Part shown: piece by piece, positions 20,943-32,136 of the stretch
Position numbering within the stretch: the stretch's first letter is position 1
Layout of the letters: each line of letters starts with the position of its first letter
Origin: a virus
Taxonomy: Duplodnaviria > Caudoviricetes
Length of the DNA: 64,000 nucleotides
Virus record (IMG/VR): IMGVR_UViG_2808606549_000001
Span: 32,001 to 96,000 of that record
Strand: one strand, 5' to 3'
Notes under the pieces: model-generated
The model's database searches: none
What the model saw: the letters and a program-made list of their open reading frames with translations, nothing else
What the model was told of the DNA's origin: nothing
Made by a program: the position numbers and the translations under genes

Positions 20943-23612
20943 TTATGCTTCACACGAAGAGCACAGTTTATCTTTACTGAATTGTTGCGCTGCGTTAGTG
21001 CTATGTTGGTAGTACAACGTTTTAATTTTATTTTCCCAGGCAAATAAATATAGTTCATTGATTTGCTTTGCAGGCATCTTTGGGTTAATCATTAGGTTTA
21101 ATGACTGACTTTGATCGATGAACAATTGTCGAGTAGATGCTTGATCCAAAATTACATATTGGTCAATTTCACTAAAAGTCTTGAATACTTCCTTTTCATT
21201 TTCGCTCAAGAAATCAAGATGCTGCACAGAACCGTCATTATCCCGAATGTTATTCCATACTTCTCGCGTGTCTTTACCATAGGAATTTAGGACTTCTTTT
21301 AGGTATGGATTTTGGATAGTAACCTTCATCTTAGCTAAGTCTTTTACGTAGCAGTTTGACCAGATGGGTTCAATACTTTGCGAGACCTGACCCAAGATAA
21401 AAGCAGATGAAGTTGTTGGAGCAATTGCGGTTAGTGTTGTGTTCCGACGACCATACCCCTTCAATACATCAGGTTCACCATATTGATTCGCCAATTCTTT
21501 AGACGCTTTAAGTGCTCTCGTTTGAATGAAACTGAAAATACGTGAGTTCAACTTTGAAGCATCCAGGCTTTCAAAGGGAATCATTTTAGACTGAAGGTAA
21601 GAATGCCAACCTAGTGTTCCCAATCCTAATGCTCGATTTTCTTTGGCAAATTTGTAGGCACGTTCCATGAAATAAAAAGCCTGCTTTTTATCTTTAGCTT
21701 TGGAGTCACGCATTTCTTCAAGTTTTTTGATAAATTCAGTCATAACAGCGTCAAGGAAAAACACCATTGTTTCAACTGCATCTGTTTCTTTCCACTCATC
21801 GTAATATAACAGATTCATTGAGGATAAGTTGCAGACGAAAGACCATTCTTCGTTGTTCGGCAACATGATTTCCGAACATTGTCCTGTAAGAATACCATTA
21901 AACATACCCATATGTCTTTTAGGTTCTGTGAAGCAATATGTATCACTCAAACCATCCAGTTCTTCAATGCTTTCAACTTGAATGAAATGACAGCATTCAC
22001 GATTCGGTTCTTTTACTTCCCATTTCAATCGATTGCATTTTAATCCTAGCTCACTCAACTTAAATAGTGAATTTCCATTAATAAGGATTCTGTAAGTTGT
22101 GGCCGCATTGTATTCCCCAAGTTCACCAGATCCATCATTTTTAGGTAATAGATTGATCCCTTCTTCTCTAGCAAGACTAACCTTGCTCATAACTCCTAAT
22201 GTCTGTAGCATCAATTGAACTTCTTTTAAGAAGTCTTTATTGATAGAAGCTGCCTGAATTGACTGTGAACCATCATTGTTTGTAACAGTTCCATCAGCGT
22301 CAAGATATCCAGAAAGCCAATTCAATCTGCTTTCAATGGAATATTCTGATGTCGGAACGAAATACTTTTGTTTAAGCATCTGTGTTCTTCCGACTACCCT
22401 ATTGTTTTGCGGTTCATGATTCCAATTTAATACTGACTTAATATGAGGCAATAAGTTAATTTTCTCATGATAAAGATAGATGATTTGTGAATTTTGATAC
22501 GAGCATCCATCTCCAGTGTAGAATCCATTATCGTAAGCATATTCTAATTCTTTACTTCCTTGAATCACAGGTAGACTGAATTTAATAAGTTTATCTCCGA
22601 CTTTTAAATCTTTAGCCTCAACTTCTTTGTATCGAGGAGGATTCGTTCTCTTCCCTGACTCAGTGCTTACAAGGATATAAAACTTATGATAAGGCGTACA
22701 GTCCAATTCATATCCGCTGTCTGTGATCACGCGAAGCAAGTTTTTATTTTCTCCCGTTTTAACTACCTGCACATCAGACCACTCTTCACCATTCCATACA
22801 TTGACCTTTTTATTAACCAACTCTTTGATTGATTTATACCCAATATCGGTCAACAGTTTTGTATTTGGAGCAACACACATGTTAGAATGATTAATTTTTA
22901 GTCCTTTATCTTTGTACACATCAACAGTGTTTTGGTTGACTGTATCCACAAAGAAAATATATGGATATCCAACTTCAGTTCTACGCTGAATGACTTTTGC
23001 CCAAACTCCTCGCTTTTTTGAATCTCCTGCAATCATTTCTTTCATCCACTGATCGGATACAGAAACTCCGTGTGTTAACTTTTGAATCGAAAAACCTTCA
23101 GTTCCGATTTGTAGAAACTCCTCAATATCAGGATGTTCAATTGGTAGGTAAGGTGAAAAGTGTCCTCTTCGAGTTGAACCTTGGCTAACCACATCCATAG
23201 CAGATTCAAACAAGTTCATAAAATGTACTGAACCAGATGACTCACCATTGTTATTAATCGATGCTCCACGATGACGTAGATCTCCAAAATAACCAGAGGT
23301 GCCACCGCCAAATTTACTCATCATCCCAACTTCTGATAATGTATGTAGAATTCCCGCCATATCATCTGACACATATGACCCAAAACAACTAATCGGCAAT
23401 CCTTTATCTGTTCCAAAATTTGCCCATACGGGAGTTGAAAGGGAATAGAATCCCTTTTCCATATAGCCATAGAATTTATCTGAAAATTCTTTAATTCCAA
23501 GAATTGATTCTGCGGTATCGGCAACTTCACGAATACGCTGCTCTGGTGTAACTCCTTCATTTAGATATCCTCGTGACAAGAAAATTCTACTATACTCATT
23601 TAACCATCTCAT
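20943..23612 (-). CDS. nrdA: Ribonucleotide reductase class I alpha subunit with intein
   Basis: STPVWAN, PISCF, GGGTS, SNM/CSEI catalytic motif split by intein, IAPTTS, KTLYY, C-terminal CSSCEA. Confidence 0.95.
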   Translation of the reverse strand: MRWLNEYSRIFLSRGYLNEGVTPEQRIREVADTAESILGIKEFSDKFYGYMEKGFYSLSTPVWANFGTDKGLPISCFGSYVSDDMAGILHTLSEVGMMSKFGGGTSGYFGDLRHRGASINNNGESSGSVHFMNLFESAMDVVSQGSTRRGHFSPYLPIEHPDIEEFLQIGTEGFSIQKLTHGVSVSDQWMKEMIAGDSKKRGVWAKVIQRRTEVGYPYIFFVDTVNQNTVDVYKDKGLKINHSNMCVAPNTKLLTDIGYKSIKELVNKKVNVWNGEEWSDVQVVKTGENKNLLRVITDSGYELDCTPYHKFYILVSTESGKRTNPPRYKEVEAKDLKVGDKLIKFSLPVIQGSKELEYAYDNGFYTGDGCSYQNSQIIYLYHEKINLLPHIKSVLNWNHEPQNNRVVGRTQMLKQKYFVPTSEYSIESRLNWLSGYLDADGTVTNNDGSQSIQAASINKDFLKEVQLMLQTLGVMSKVSLAREEGINLLPKNDGSGELGEYNAATTYRILINGNSLFKLSELGLKCNRLKWEVKEPNRECCHFIQVESIEELDGLSDTYCFTEPKRHMGMFNGILTGQCSEIMLPNNEEWSFVCNLSSMNLLYYDEWKETDAVETMVFFLDAVMTEFIKKLEEMRDSKAKDKKQAFYFMERAYKFAKENRALGLGTLGWHSYLQSKMIPFESLDASKLNSRIFSFIQTRALKASKELANQYGEPDVLKGYGRRNTTLTAIAPTTSSAFILGQVSQSIEPIWSNCYVKDLAKMKVTIQNPYLKEVLNSYGKDTREVWNNIRDNDGSVQHLDFLSENEKEVFKTFSEIDQYVILDQASTRQLFIDQSQSLNLMINPKMPAKQINELYLFAWENKIKTLYYQHSTNAAQQFSKDKLCSSCEA
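21879..22877 (-). mobile_element. 333-aa LAGLIDADG intein ending in Gln
   Basis: Starts CVAPNT, block B CTPYHKF, LAGLIDADG motifs GFYTGDG and WLSGYLDADG, ends NGILTGQ before +1 Cys. Confidence 0.9.
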
Positions 23613-23637
23613 TAAATAATTTCCTCCGAATTCAATA

Positions 23638-24903
23638 TTAGAACAAGTCGTCTGCTGTAATGCTTTTCATTCGTTTACTGTAATTGACCGAACGCTTTAC
23701 GAAGAGATCTACGTGCTTCGTAGTAAGTAATTCGTCTTCGAACCAAGCGGTTGCTTCAATTGCAGTATCATCCACTTCAAATATTGGATCGTAACCAACA
23801 CTTCGGAGAGAATTATTCAGACGATTTTTAATAAATTCTTTAACTGTATGTTTAGGTAAGAAATCCAAGTCACCAGATTCGTAAATCCAATCAACAACAA
23901 TTTCCTCGGACTTATATGACTCTTTACATGCTTGAATTACCATGTTTTTTAATTTGTCATCAAACCACTCAGGATGTTCATTGCGAATCGTCTTAATTAG
24001 TTCTATTCCAAAAAGTCCGTGAAGCTGCTCCTCTTTAGATGTTGCCTCAATGACATTTGACATGCCTTTAAAGATATTTCTATGCTTGTTAAACGCCATG
24101 ATAATTAAAAATTGCGAGAATAGTGAAACATGTTCAATGAAAAGTGAGAATAAAAGGATAGACAAAGTGTAATCTCTATTATCCTCTGTTCGTGCGAGTG
24201 AGACGCCCTTAGTCAGATAATCTACACGCTGAAATAATTCAGGGATATTTTCTATCTTTTTAAACTCATCATTGAGTCCCAAGATTTCAAGCAGGTGTGA
24301 ATAGGCGTCATGATGTCGAACTTCGCTTTCTGCGAAAGTATATCCTACTGATCCGATTTCTGGCTTGGGGAGGCGACGATACAGATCACCCCAAAAAGAT
24401 TTAACTGCAACTTCTACTTGGGCGATTGCAAGCATCGCATTTTTAATCGCATTTCTTTCTGAGTCCGTTACATTTACTTTGAAATCTTGAATGTCCGAGG
24501 TATAGTTGAACTCAGTATGCAACCAATAAGAATGCTGAATTGCTTCTTTATACTGAGAAAGTTCTGGGTATTCGTATGGTTTTAAATTCAAACGATGTTT
24601 GAAAATATCGGGTCTTCTTTCTTGGTTTCTTTTTTCGCGGTAAATAATATATGCTTTCGCAGTAGACTTGTATTCCGAACTCAACAAAACCGTCTCCACT
24701 AAGTCTTGCACAGTCTCAACGGTAAGTTTATCATGATCGCTGTTTTCGATTAATTCTAAAACATCTTGAGTTAACTTCTCTGCTTCAGAAACGTCAAACT
24801 CTCCTGTTTGCCTTCCTGCTTTCGCAATGGCATTCGTAATTTTTTCCACATTAAAATTATCTTCTGTCCCATTACGTTTCGTTATTAGGTTTGGAAACCC
24901 CAT
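23638..24903 (-). CDS. nrdB: Ribonucleotide reductase beta subunit with N-terminal ATP-cone
   Basis: ITKRNG...FN.EKI..AI..A...VE.VQDLVE..L......AKAYIIYR ATP-cone; KPYEYP, ESEVRH..AY, EEQLH diiron motifs. Confidence 0.93.
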   Translation of the reverse strand: MGFPNLITKRNGTEDNFNVEKITNAIAKAGRQTGEFDVSEAEKLTQDVLELIENSDHDKLTVETVQDLVETVLLSSEYKSTAKAYIIYREKRNQERRPDIFKHRLNLKPYEYPELSQYKEAIQHSYWLHTEFNYTSDIQDFKVNVTDSERNAIKNAMLAIAQVEVAVKSFWGDLYRRLPKPEIGSVGYTFAESEVRHHDAYSHLLEILGLNDEFKKIENIPELFQRVDYLTKGVSLARTEDNRDYTLSILLFSLFIEHVSLFSQFLIIMAFNKHRNIFKGMSNVIEATSKEEQLHGLFGIELIKTIRNEHPEWFDDKLKNMVIQACKESYKSEEIVVDWIYESGDLDFLPKHTVKEFIKNRLNNSLRSVGYDPIFEVDDTAIEATAWFEDELLTTKHVDLFVKRSVNYSKRMKSITADDLF

Positions 24904-24952
24904 TTTCTTTTATGCGTCTCCTTGCATTTTTTATTTAAATGAAATGATTATT

Positions 24953-25159
24953 TTATTCGTTACGTGCAATGCCAGCATTTGCCCAAAAGACAGCAGTTTC
25001 AAGATTAGTTAGCGCCGTTGCCTTCTCTCGACTGTCAGGAACAAGCTCATCAATCGCCTTCGCAAATCCCTTTGCCAGGCTGCGTAGCGCTTCATACTTT
25101 TCTGGCTGCCCTTCCTTTGGTGAATGATAAATAAAATTGTTTTCAATAAATTGACTCAT
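24953..25159 (-). CDS. Acb2/Tad1-like hairpin protein (candidate anti-defence signal sponge)
   Basis: NNFIYHSP...KYE.LR...PDSREKATALTNLETAVFWANAGIAR; ATG 25159 with RBS AGGAG. Confidence 0.65.
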   Translation of the reverse strand: MSQFIENNFIYHSPKEGQPEKYEALRSLAKGFAKAIDELVPDSREKATALTNLETAVFWANAGIARNE

Positions 25160-25431
25160 TCTTCTCTCCTCTCTTTCCCTACCGCCCACCCATAATAACT
25201 GCGATGAAATTATGTTTTTATCTGAATTACTTAATTAAAGAAACCTGCCCAATATAGCAGACCCACTTCTACAGCAGCCGCGAAAAGCGTTGACCAGAAG
25301 TTATAATTCCCTTTTGGCTTACCGTGCAGATTCGCAGCCAACAACAATCCGATACCGATTAACACTATAATAATAATTTGTGGAATTCCCAATAAAATAT
25401 CTCCTTTTTTAGTTTCTTCGAAAGAACTCTT

Positions 25432-25899
25432 TTATCGGTTTCTACTCGACAAATATTCCGTTTCTAATTCTTGCTTGTTGATGTCATATTTCTTAAGTAG
25501 ATAATTCAAAAGATCATCGTCACTCACTTCAATACCATTGCAAAATGGACAATACTTTGAAGCAATTCCAGTGTCGTCAATAATGTCTCCGATCTCGTAT
25601 CCATATTCGCTATCTTCCTTTGACTGAACACCAAACTCTTCTTTCTGCTCAGGAGTGCCGTCAAACACTACACCATAATGATATGCATACCTAGAATTAA
25701 TGTCGTCGTTTACTACGCAAGAAGCGCATAATCGATGACTACACTTACAACAAGATGCGACATACTCTTCATAGCGACTTTCACCACATGAATCGCATGA
25801 ATAAAAATCTACTCCCAAATCTCCATCTCCCCATGAAATCTCAAATTCATTTCCAAAATTGATACCATCTCTGTTTAGACTTAGCTGGTTGCACGTCAT
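25432..25899 (-). CDS. Cys-rich zinc-finger protein (probable start at GVDFY...)
   Basis: Multiple CxxC pairs; paralog of 42586..42888. Confidence 0.6.
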   Translation of the reverse strand: MTCNQLSLNRDGINFGNEFEISWGDGDLGVDFYSCDSCGESRYEEYVASCCKCSHRLCASCVVNDDINSRYAYHYGVVFDGTPEQKEEFGVQSKEDSEYGYEIGDIIDDTGIASKYCPFCNGIEVSDDDLLNYLLKKYDINKQELETEYLSSRNR

Positions 25900-26407
25900 T
25901 ATTATCCTTTTTTACTTCTTCAGCCGTCTTTGATTCATTTTCAATTCTTTTTCTTTCATCTAGAATTAGTCGTCTCTTTTCGTAATCATCTGACGCTTTC
26001 TTTTTGGATTCTTTATCTTCTACAAACCTTGCTTTGGCAATATAGTAGTTTACTGTTCCATCGCTTTCATGAGAAGATTTTAAAATTTCAAAATTCTCCT
26101 CATTTATTTTAATGTATTCACCTCGATTTAATTCTCTGATGAAGTTTTCTGTCTCATCAATAACTTCCCAATACTCATCAATAAATCTACTAACGATTTC
26201 TCCCCTGCTATTTGATAAATCAAGCAAATCTAATTCTGGAAGTTCAGAACTATACCAATGACCATAGGGCCGATATCCAAGGTAAAATTGTTCCGTTGCA
26301 ACTTTCTGATATATCTTGCTCCTCAAAATTCTATCCTCCCTAAGCAATTTGTTCATCAACAATTCCCCACTTAATTGCTTCATCAATGTCCATATAATAA
26401 TCTTCAT
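25847..26407 (-). CDS. Hypothetical protein
   Basis: Long co-oriented ORF. Confidence 0.6.
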   Translation of the reverse strand: MKIIIWTLMKQLSGELLMNKLLREDRILRSKIYQKVATEQFYLGYRPYGHWYSSELPELDLLDLSNSRGEIVSRFIDEYWEVIDETENFIRELNRGEYIKINEENFEILKSSHESDGTVNYYIAKARFVEDKESKKKASDDYEKRRLILDERKRIENESKTAEEVKKDNNDVQPAKSKQRWYQFWK

Positions 26408-26885
26408 TACGTTTCGAATGGATAAACGCCACTGACAAGTTTGTTTTACTGCTGATGATGCTATTTCTCTTAGTCACTAATTTTTCAATCTTCTCAACTC
26501 GTTGTCTTAAATCGTGAAGTTGGAGAGATCCGCCAATATTCTCGGAGGGATCATGGAACATAAATTCAGCAAAGAGTCCAGCGTATCGCTTATGTCCGCA
26601 TGCAAAGATTAGGAATGCTGCTGAATATGCATATCCATAGCAATATGTATAAATCGGAGTCTTAGAGGTTTCCATGAGTGAAGCCATCGTGATAGCATCT
26701 AAGATATTTCCTCCACCTGAATTGATAATTAGATGGATAGGCTCTCTATCTTCAACTTGATTAAAATCATCTTCATTATTAATCCTGATGATTTCAGCCA
26801 TAACAGGAGCAACGGATTGATTATTAATCAAATCATATATGTATAGAACACGGTCTGGATTCATTATTTCTCTCCCACAATTCAA
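26340..26885 (-). CDS. ClpP-family protease
   Basis: INSGGG, AYSAAF (Ser), MFHDP (His), EA..WGIVD. Confidence 0.85.
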   Translation of the reverse strand: MNCGREIMNPDRVLYIYDLINNQSVAPVMAEIIRINNEDDFNQVEDREPIHLIINSGGGNILDAITMASLMETSKTPIYTYCYGYAYSAAFLIFACGHKRYAGLFAEFMFHDPSENIGGSLQLHDLRQRVEKIEKLVTKRNSIISSKTNLSVAFIHSKRNEDYYMDIDEAIKWGIVDEQIA

Positions 26886-27169
26886 TTAACATATCTCACA
26901 ATGCCATTCGGATCTAAGTTGATTCCACAATTCTTAAGTTTATTTGTAATTACATCTTCAATCAGATATCCATCACCATGGGAGTCAAAAATGATTTGCT
27001 TCGGTTGATGCTGTGCTATGTATTGGACAATATCTTTAATTGCGTTGTCATAATATCCTTTTGCAACTTTAGGCAGATGATAAATACCTTGCTCGACATC
27101 TATACGCTGCACAACAATTTCTGACTGAGCAAGAAAGCCTGCTCGTTCTGCTCCAATGATGAATAACAT
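26882..27169 (-). CDS. Hypothetical protein
   Basis: Co-oriented ORF with RBS. Confidence 0.55.
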   Translation of the reverse strand: MLFIIGAERAGFLAQSEIVVQRIDVEQGIYHLPKVAKGYYDNAIKDIVQYIAQHQPKQIIFDSHGDGYLIEDVITNKLKNCGINLDPNGIVRYVN

Positions 27170-27760
27170 TTTAGTCTCCTTTTAGTTTGATCCTACTGAA
27201 TATCCTACAAAGAAAACTACTGCTGTGTAGAAAAACAGCACCCAGAATAGCAATGACCTAGCAGGTTCAATAATCAAGTAATTAAGAATTTTCTTCAATG
27301 CGGTTTCCTTCCTCTTGAAAGCACAGTTTTATTGGACTACTAACTTATAACTGCCTGCATCAACTTCACTTGTTGGCACGTAATCCTTAAATCCATCTTC
27401 GTAAGTTACTTCAAAGCAAATTCGTTCCTTGAGTCCTCCATCAGGTTCAACATGAACAAGACCAGTAATAATAGGAATATCGCAGTTTGGTCTTCGATAT
27501 GAATTAGTGCTTACTGGCTCTAAAAACACATAGTTCACTTTCATCTAATTCTCCTTATTCCGTTAAAATTCAAACTTCATTGGAATATACTTTATCAATA
27601 AACACTGTCTACATCAGTCCAAAATTCTTCTCCATTGTCGATTACAATTACTCTTAGTGCGTCACCATGAACATTTGTCACTTTGGCATTTTTTCCGACA
27701 TTGTGTGCATAATCACTACGATGGATTTCTACTATCTCTCCAAGTAGAAAAGAATAGTCA

Positions 27761-28330
27761 TTAGACATGTACCAATTCTCCTTTTTTATACTTATTATAA
27801 GCCGAACGTACAGCCTTCAGTTTGTCATTTTCCTCAAGAGGTTCAGAAATAAATCTTCTTCCTGTGTACTTCATATTAACTCCGCAACACTCATATTTTT
27901 TAAATGCCCTTCCTACCTTACCCTCTTGCTTTTCTTCTAAGTAGTCTCTGGTCTGATAATTTTTCTCGCAGAGAGTGCATTTGTAGCAGCCATATGGATA
28001 AAGATATAGGAATGCACCATTCTTAAAGATTGTCGTCTCCGTAGATGAAGCGCCAATCCGCTCTAATTCATCCTCAAAGAATGTAGTGTGATCATCATAT
28101 TCTTGCCCCACTTTGCGACAATACCAATGGCACAACTCATGAAGCAATGTATCGTCAGTCATTAACTCATCGTGAAGAATTCTAGGAGAAAGTTCAATGT
28201 AGGTTTCAGCACACCATCCATATGTACGTTTGAGTCTATTATTGACCCTAACTGGAATGTCTAACTCCATATTCCACAAATGCTTTACAAAGAATTTTGC
28301 TTTCTCTTGTAGACTCTGGCTAGTCTCCAT
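27761..28330 (-). CDS. SprT-like zinc metalloprotease
   Basis: NNRLKRTYG, IELS, LLHELCHW (HExxH), C-terminal Cys motifs. Confidence 0.8.
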   Translation of the reverse strand: METSQSLQEKAKFFVKHLWNMELDIPVRVNNRLKRTYGWCAETYIELSPRILHDELMTDDTLLHELCHWYCRKVGQEYDDHTTFFEDELERIGASSTETTIFKNGAFLYLYPYGCYKCTLCEKNYQTRDYLEEKQEGKVGRAFKKYECCGVNMKYTGRRFISEPLEENDKLKAVRSAYNKYKKGELVHV

Positions 28331-28821
28331 TTCATCTCTCCCAATGAAATATAGATTTAATAACCTCTGAGTTTAACTAACTCGTTGAATGCTCTACAAA
28401 TTAGCATATCTGGATCGTCTGGACGCGCAGGAACACTTAGCGAAAATGTTCTATCGATGAATTTCTGTAAAGCCTTGTGACACTCATTAATATCAACTGG
28501 TTCCTTACACTGCCTTTCAAACTCTTCTTGGTTCATTTTAAAGTGCTCCATAGTATTCATGTGGCATATCGTTGTTGTTGCGCTTCCTGCGCTGATTGAA
28601 TTTGGTGTTTGTAGATCCGCCCTTTTTCGTTCCTTGCATCAGATGAACTACAACATCCGTGAACCCTTTGATCTTGGCGATATGTTCGGATTCAACTCGT
28701 GCAGTGATTCTGTCTGTAAATGTTTCGTGAGTGATAATTTCTGCTTTACCATTTTCATTTTTTGCGATTGCATAGTATTGAGCCATTATTATTATTTCTC
28801 CCTTTATTTATGTTTTGTTTA

Positions 28822-29652
28822 TTATTTAAATGGGTGATAATCAATTGCTTCGCCAAACGGATCGTTTTCCTTGATCCAATTTCTAAACTCACATGATTCT
28901 CGATGATTGCAGAGGTTGCAAGCAAAAAAGTCTTTTTGGCCATCTACCGCTTTACATCTTGGATTCCAAACTACATTCGACTCAATCTTCTTAGTTGTAT
29001 CGACTACCCATCGTTTTGTCTGCTCTAATTTATTATGATCGAATTTATAGGCAAACTCTTTCTGTCCTGATTCCCTGGGAAAGATGTAGATGAGATGGTC
29101 TGGGTATCTACCATACTTTTCGAAAATAGGTATGGAGTACATATACAACTGCATAATGTTGTGTTCAAGTTTATCTCCTGTGTACCTAGCAGCCGTCTTA
29201 TAGTCACCAATAACTAAATCGTATTTCTTGTGTTCGGCCACTAGATCAGGGAATCCCTTAACCTTAACACCATCAACATCAAACAATTTTTCTTCTTCTG
29301 CTTCTAACACTTTATAGTTGTCGAAGATTTCATTATAACTACCATCATCAAAAAATCTATGTATGGCCGTTTCATAAGACTTACCCATCTTATAAAACGG
29401 AGGCTTAAAGTTAAAACTCCTCAGTCTACGGTTGATCTCGTCTTTTATATCCCACTCATACAAATTACCTTTTAACAGATCCTCGATGATTTCATGGAAC
29501 ATTGTTCCGTACTCACCGAAATAATTATTAATGCCTCTGTCACCTTCCAAGTATGTCTTGTAAAAGTTCCAAAAGCATCCCTCTCCTTTCTCTGCTAAGT
29601 GGTATGAATTCAATCGACTAAAACTGTAAATTGTTTCACTTATCATAATCAC
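28822..29652 (-). CDS. PD-(D/E)XK exonuclease (Cas4/AddB-like with Cys cluster)
   Basis: SFSRL, GTMFH, GFPDL, DYKT, QLYMY, C..C.HR..C. Confidence 0.85.
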   Translation of the reverse strand: MIMISETIYSFSRLNSYHLAEKGEGCFWNFYKTYLEGDRGINNYFGEYGTMFHEIIEDLLKGNLYEWDIKDEINRRLRSFNFKPPFYKMGKSYETAIHRFFDDGSYNEIFDNYKVLEAEEEKLFDVDGVKVKGFPDLVAEHKKYDLVIGDYKTAARYTGDKLEHNIMQLYMYSIPIFEKYGRYPDHLIYIFPRESGQKEFAYKFDHNKLEQTKRWVVDTTKKIESNVVWNPRCKAVDGQKDFFACNLCNHRESCEFRNWIKENDPFGEAIDYHPFK

Positions 29653-29904
29653 TTCCGCATCTTTTATTTCTATGTATTTTTATTGATTCCTTCTGCACAA
29701 TTCAGTAGTGATTGGAGGATCGCCTGTTCATCTGGCTTCAATTCAAGTGCTTCTGTATTTCCATAAGCTTGAGCAAAGACTTTGTACAGAACACTTGTTA
29801 ATGCAGAAACCTCCTTATTGTTTATTTCCCATTCAATCTTGTGAATTGTTTCGGCTACAGATATTTTGCTCAAGCCTGTCACTCTCCCCCTTGGCGATAC
29901 ATGC

Positions 29905-29934
29905 ATATTAGCAAATTGCTTATCCCAAAGTCAA
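29905..29934 (-). promoter_or_regulatory. Sigma-A-type promoter TTGACT-N18-TAATAT
   Basis: Same ATTGACTTT...TGn-TA architecture as promoters at 49538-49567 and 52327-52356; 36835-36864 is similar. Confidence 0.55.
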
Positions 29935-30682
29935 TATATCTCAGACTATAATTTATCTTTTTTACATTTTATTTTTTAGCCGTCCATATTTAACCTTAGC
30001 GAGTCGGATCAACTCTGGTTCAGTTAGGCTCCCCTTGGGCATGTACTTGCTCCAGAGGGCTTCTACGGCCTCGGGACGGTAATCATCTACAGCAGCCTTG
30101 ATGTTGTGTCCTCGCTCTTTAAGCAGCAAACTAGCTAATCCTAAGAGCATCAAATCGGTTTGAATCTGTTTCATATTACCCCCATGAAACTAATGTTTTA
30201 TTGGAATTTACTTTTGAGCCATTCTTTAAATGAAACTGTAACAGTCTCCTCATAATTGACGCAGCCAATGTTTTGATCTGGTCGATATTTTTTAATACAA
30301 CCAAACACGCTATCGTAATTCGAGCACTTTTTGCATTTGCTTTCATTAAGAATATTATATTCTTCAGTTGTCATGAAATAAAACCGACGCTCTGCCAAAT
30401 TGAGATAGTTATTTAAGTATATTAGATTTAGCTCAATATCTTCCTTTATTACAATTGTGGATTTGTGGCGATAGTCAATCTTAAATCCCATAACAGGCAT
30501 GTGATTCTGAAGATATTCTTGAAGTTCTTCAATAGATTGAACATTTTCAATCCAGTAAAAATCTCCCCAACCACTTCCTGCCTTCTCACATCGAATAAAC
30601 ATATTGTTATCCTTTCCTATGAAACGTGTGTTTTATCGGAATTTCCGGCTTAAAAAGTCCTTATAAATCAAGGCTTTTTGAT

Positions 30683-31432
30683 TCAGCTAAAAGTTGCCTC
30701 TGGTTCCTTTTCTGGAGTTACTTCGTCATTTGAATATTCTTCATCAATAATAACCCTCGTCCCATTTTGATCAAGCTTCATCAGGAATAATTCAAAACTA
30801 TTTAGATGCTTGATTGAATGCAGATCGTGCCTCGTGTCATACTTAATTTCAAATCCTTCTTTTCGATCATCTTTCCATCGGGACAGTCTTACTGCAAAAT
30901 TCATATCCTCATCCTTTTCACATTCAAGGATCAGATTGGCATATTTAAACGATTCCCAAGAGTAGGTGTTTTCTGCGTAAACAACCTCAAAACGAACATC
31001 AACCATTTCATAAGAAACGCCATCATCATACACTACTTCTAAATTATCTGTGTTGACATTCTTCTCTACATACTTCATCCATTTTTCGTAAATCTCAGAT
31101 ACATTAATGGAATCCCTTTTATCTTCGGCAGACATAATCTCTTTGAAGTTTTCAAGAAGAAGGCGATTTGCAGTCGTAGACTCTTTAAGGATTTCCGCTA
31201 GAACATGATCAAGTTTTACAACATATTTTGAATAATCATATCCGTCTAGATAGGGGATCATAACTGATTCAATCTTCTTTTTAATTGCCTTCGTGCCATC
31301 GCCCCAAGAGCCGAAGATATCCTCGATAGCTTTCTTAACTCCTTTTTCTAGATTATCCGCAATAATCTTTTCAACAATGCCTTCATCAAGTTTCTGAGCA
31401 ACAATATCCTTAATTGATTGTTCTACTGTCAT
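30683..31432 (-). CDS. Conserved phage hypothetical protein
   Basis: 249-aa co-oriented ORF. Confidence 0.65.
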   Translation of the reverse strand: MTVEQSIKDIVAQKLDEGIVEKIIADNLEKGVKKAIEDIFGSWGDGTKAIKKKIESVMIPYLDGYDYSKYVVKLDHVLAEILKESTTANRLLLENFKEIMSAEDKRDSINVSEIYEKWMKYVEKNVNTDNLEVVYDDGVSYEMVDVRFEVVYAENTYSWESFKYANLILECEKDEDMNFAVRLSRWKDDRKEGFEIKYDTRHDLHSIKHLNSFELFLMKLDQNGTRVIIDEEYSNDEVTPEKEPEATFS

Positions 31433-32136
31433 ATTTTATTTTATTCTCCTTTTAGTTTTTCAATTAGTTTTTCAAGAACTTCAATAGCGTATTGATTAAT
31501 AGTTCTTTCTTCTTTGAACCACTCTGGATCATCCTTTAGTGAGGCATGAAGAATGAAACTGCCTCCACAATATTGAGCCGTCTCTTGGCAATTTCCTTTA
31601 TCAGTCCAAGCCAATTTAAGACATCCAGCAGCTAGGCTACCAACAATATCATCCTCAGTGTCATGAACAAAAACTGTTCCCTTTTTGCAACCAGGCATAT
31701 CTTTTTGAAGAATGTATTTCTTCATCTTTTGTTGACGATTGCGATCCAATATATATGGATAATTTCTTTTGTGCATCTCGTACTCTCCATGAAATTTGCT
31801 TTTTATCGTATATTAACTTACTGGATTGTTGCTAAACCTGAAGGTTAGTGTGCTGCAAAACTTTCGATTTACCGCAATGTTTCCTTCAAGCCAACAATTC
31901 TCAATCTTTTTTCGCGTCGCATTTTCTAGAAAAAACAAGTCAAATCGAAAATCTCTACCTGAATAAATCATCATCTCGTACTTTCTTTCTATATCATGAT
32001 ATGTACGATGCACATTAAACGAACCTTCATCATATCTGTATGATACATTGTCTACTTCCATCACAAGATATCCGTCACTCCATACTTCTCCTCTAATCAT
32101 AGTACCTCCTATTTTTTCTCTCATGAAATACGCCTT

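Noticed and set aside
28822-29652. Cas4 as evidence of a CRISPR system
   Set aside because: Solo PD-(D/E)XK nucleases are routine in phage replication modules; no cas1/cas2 or array
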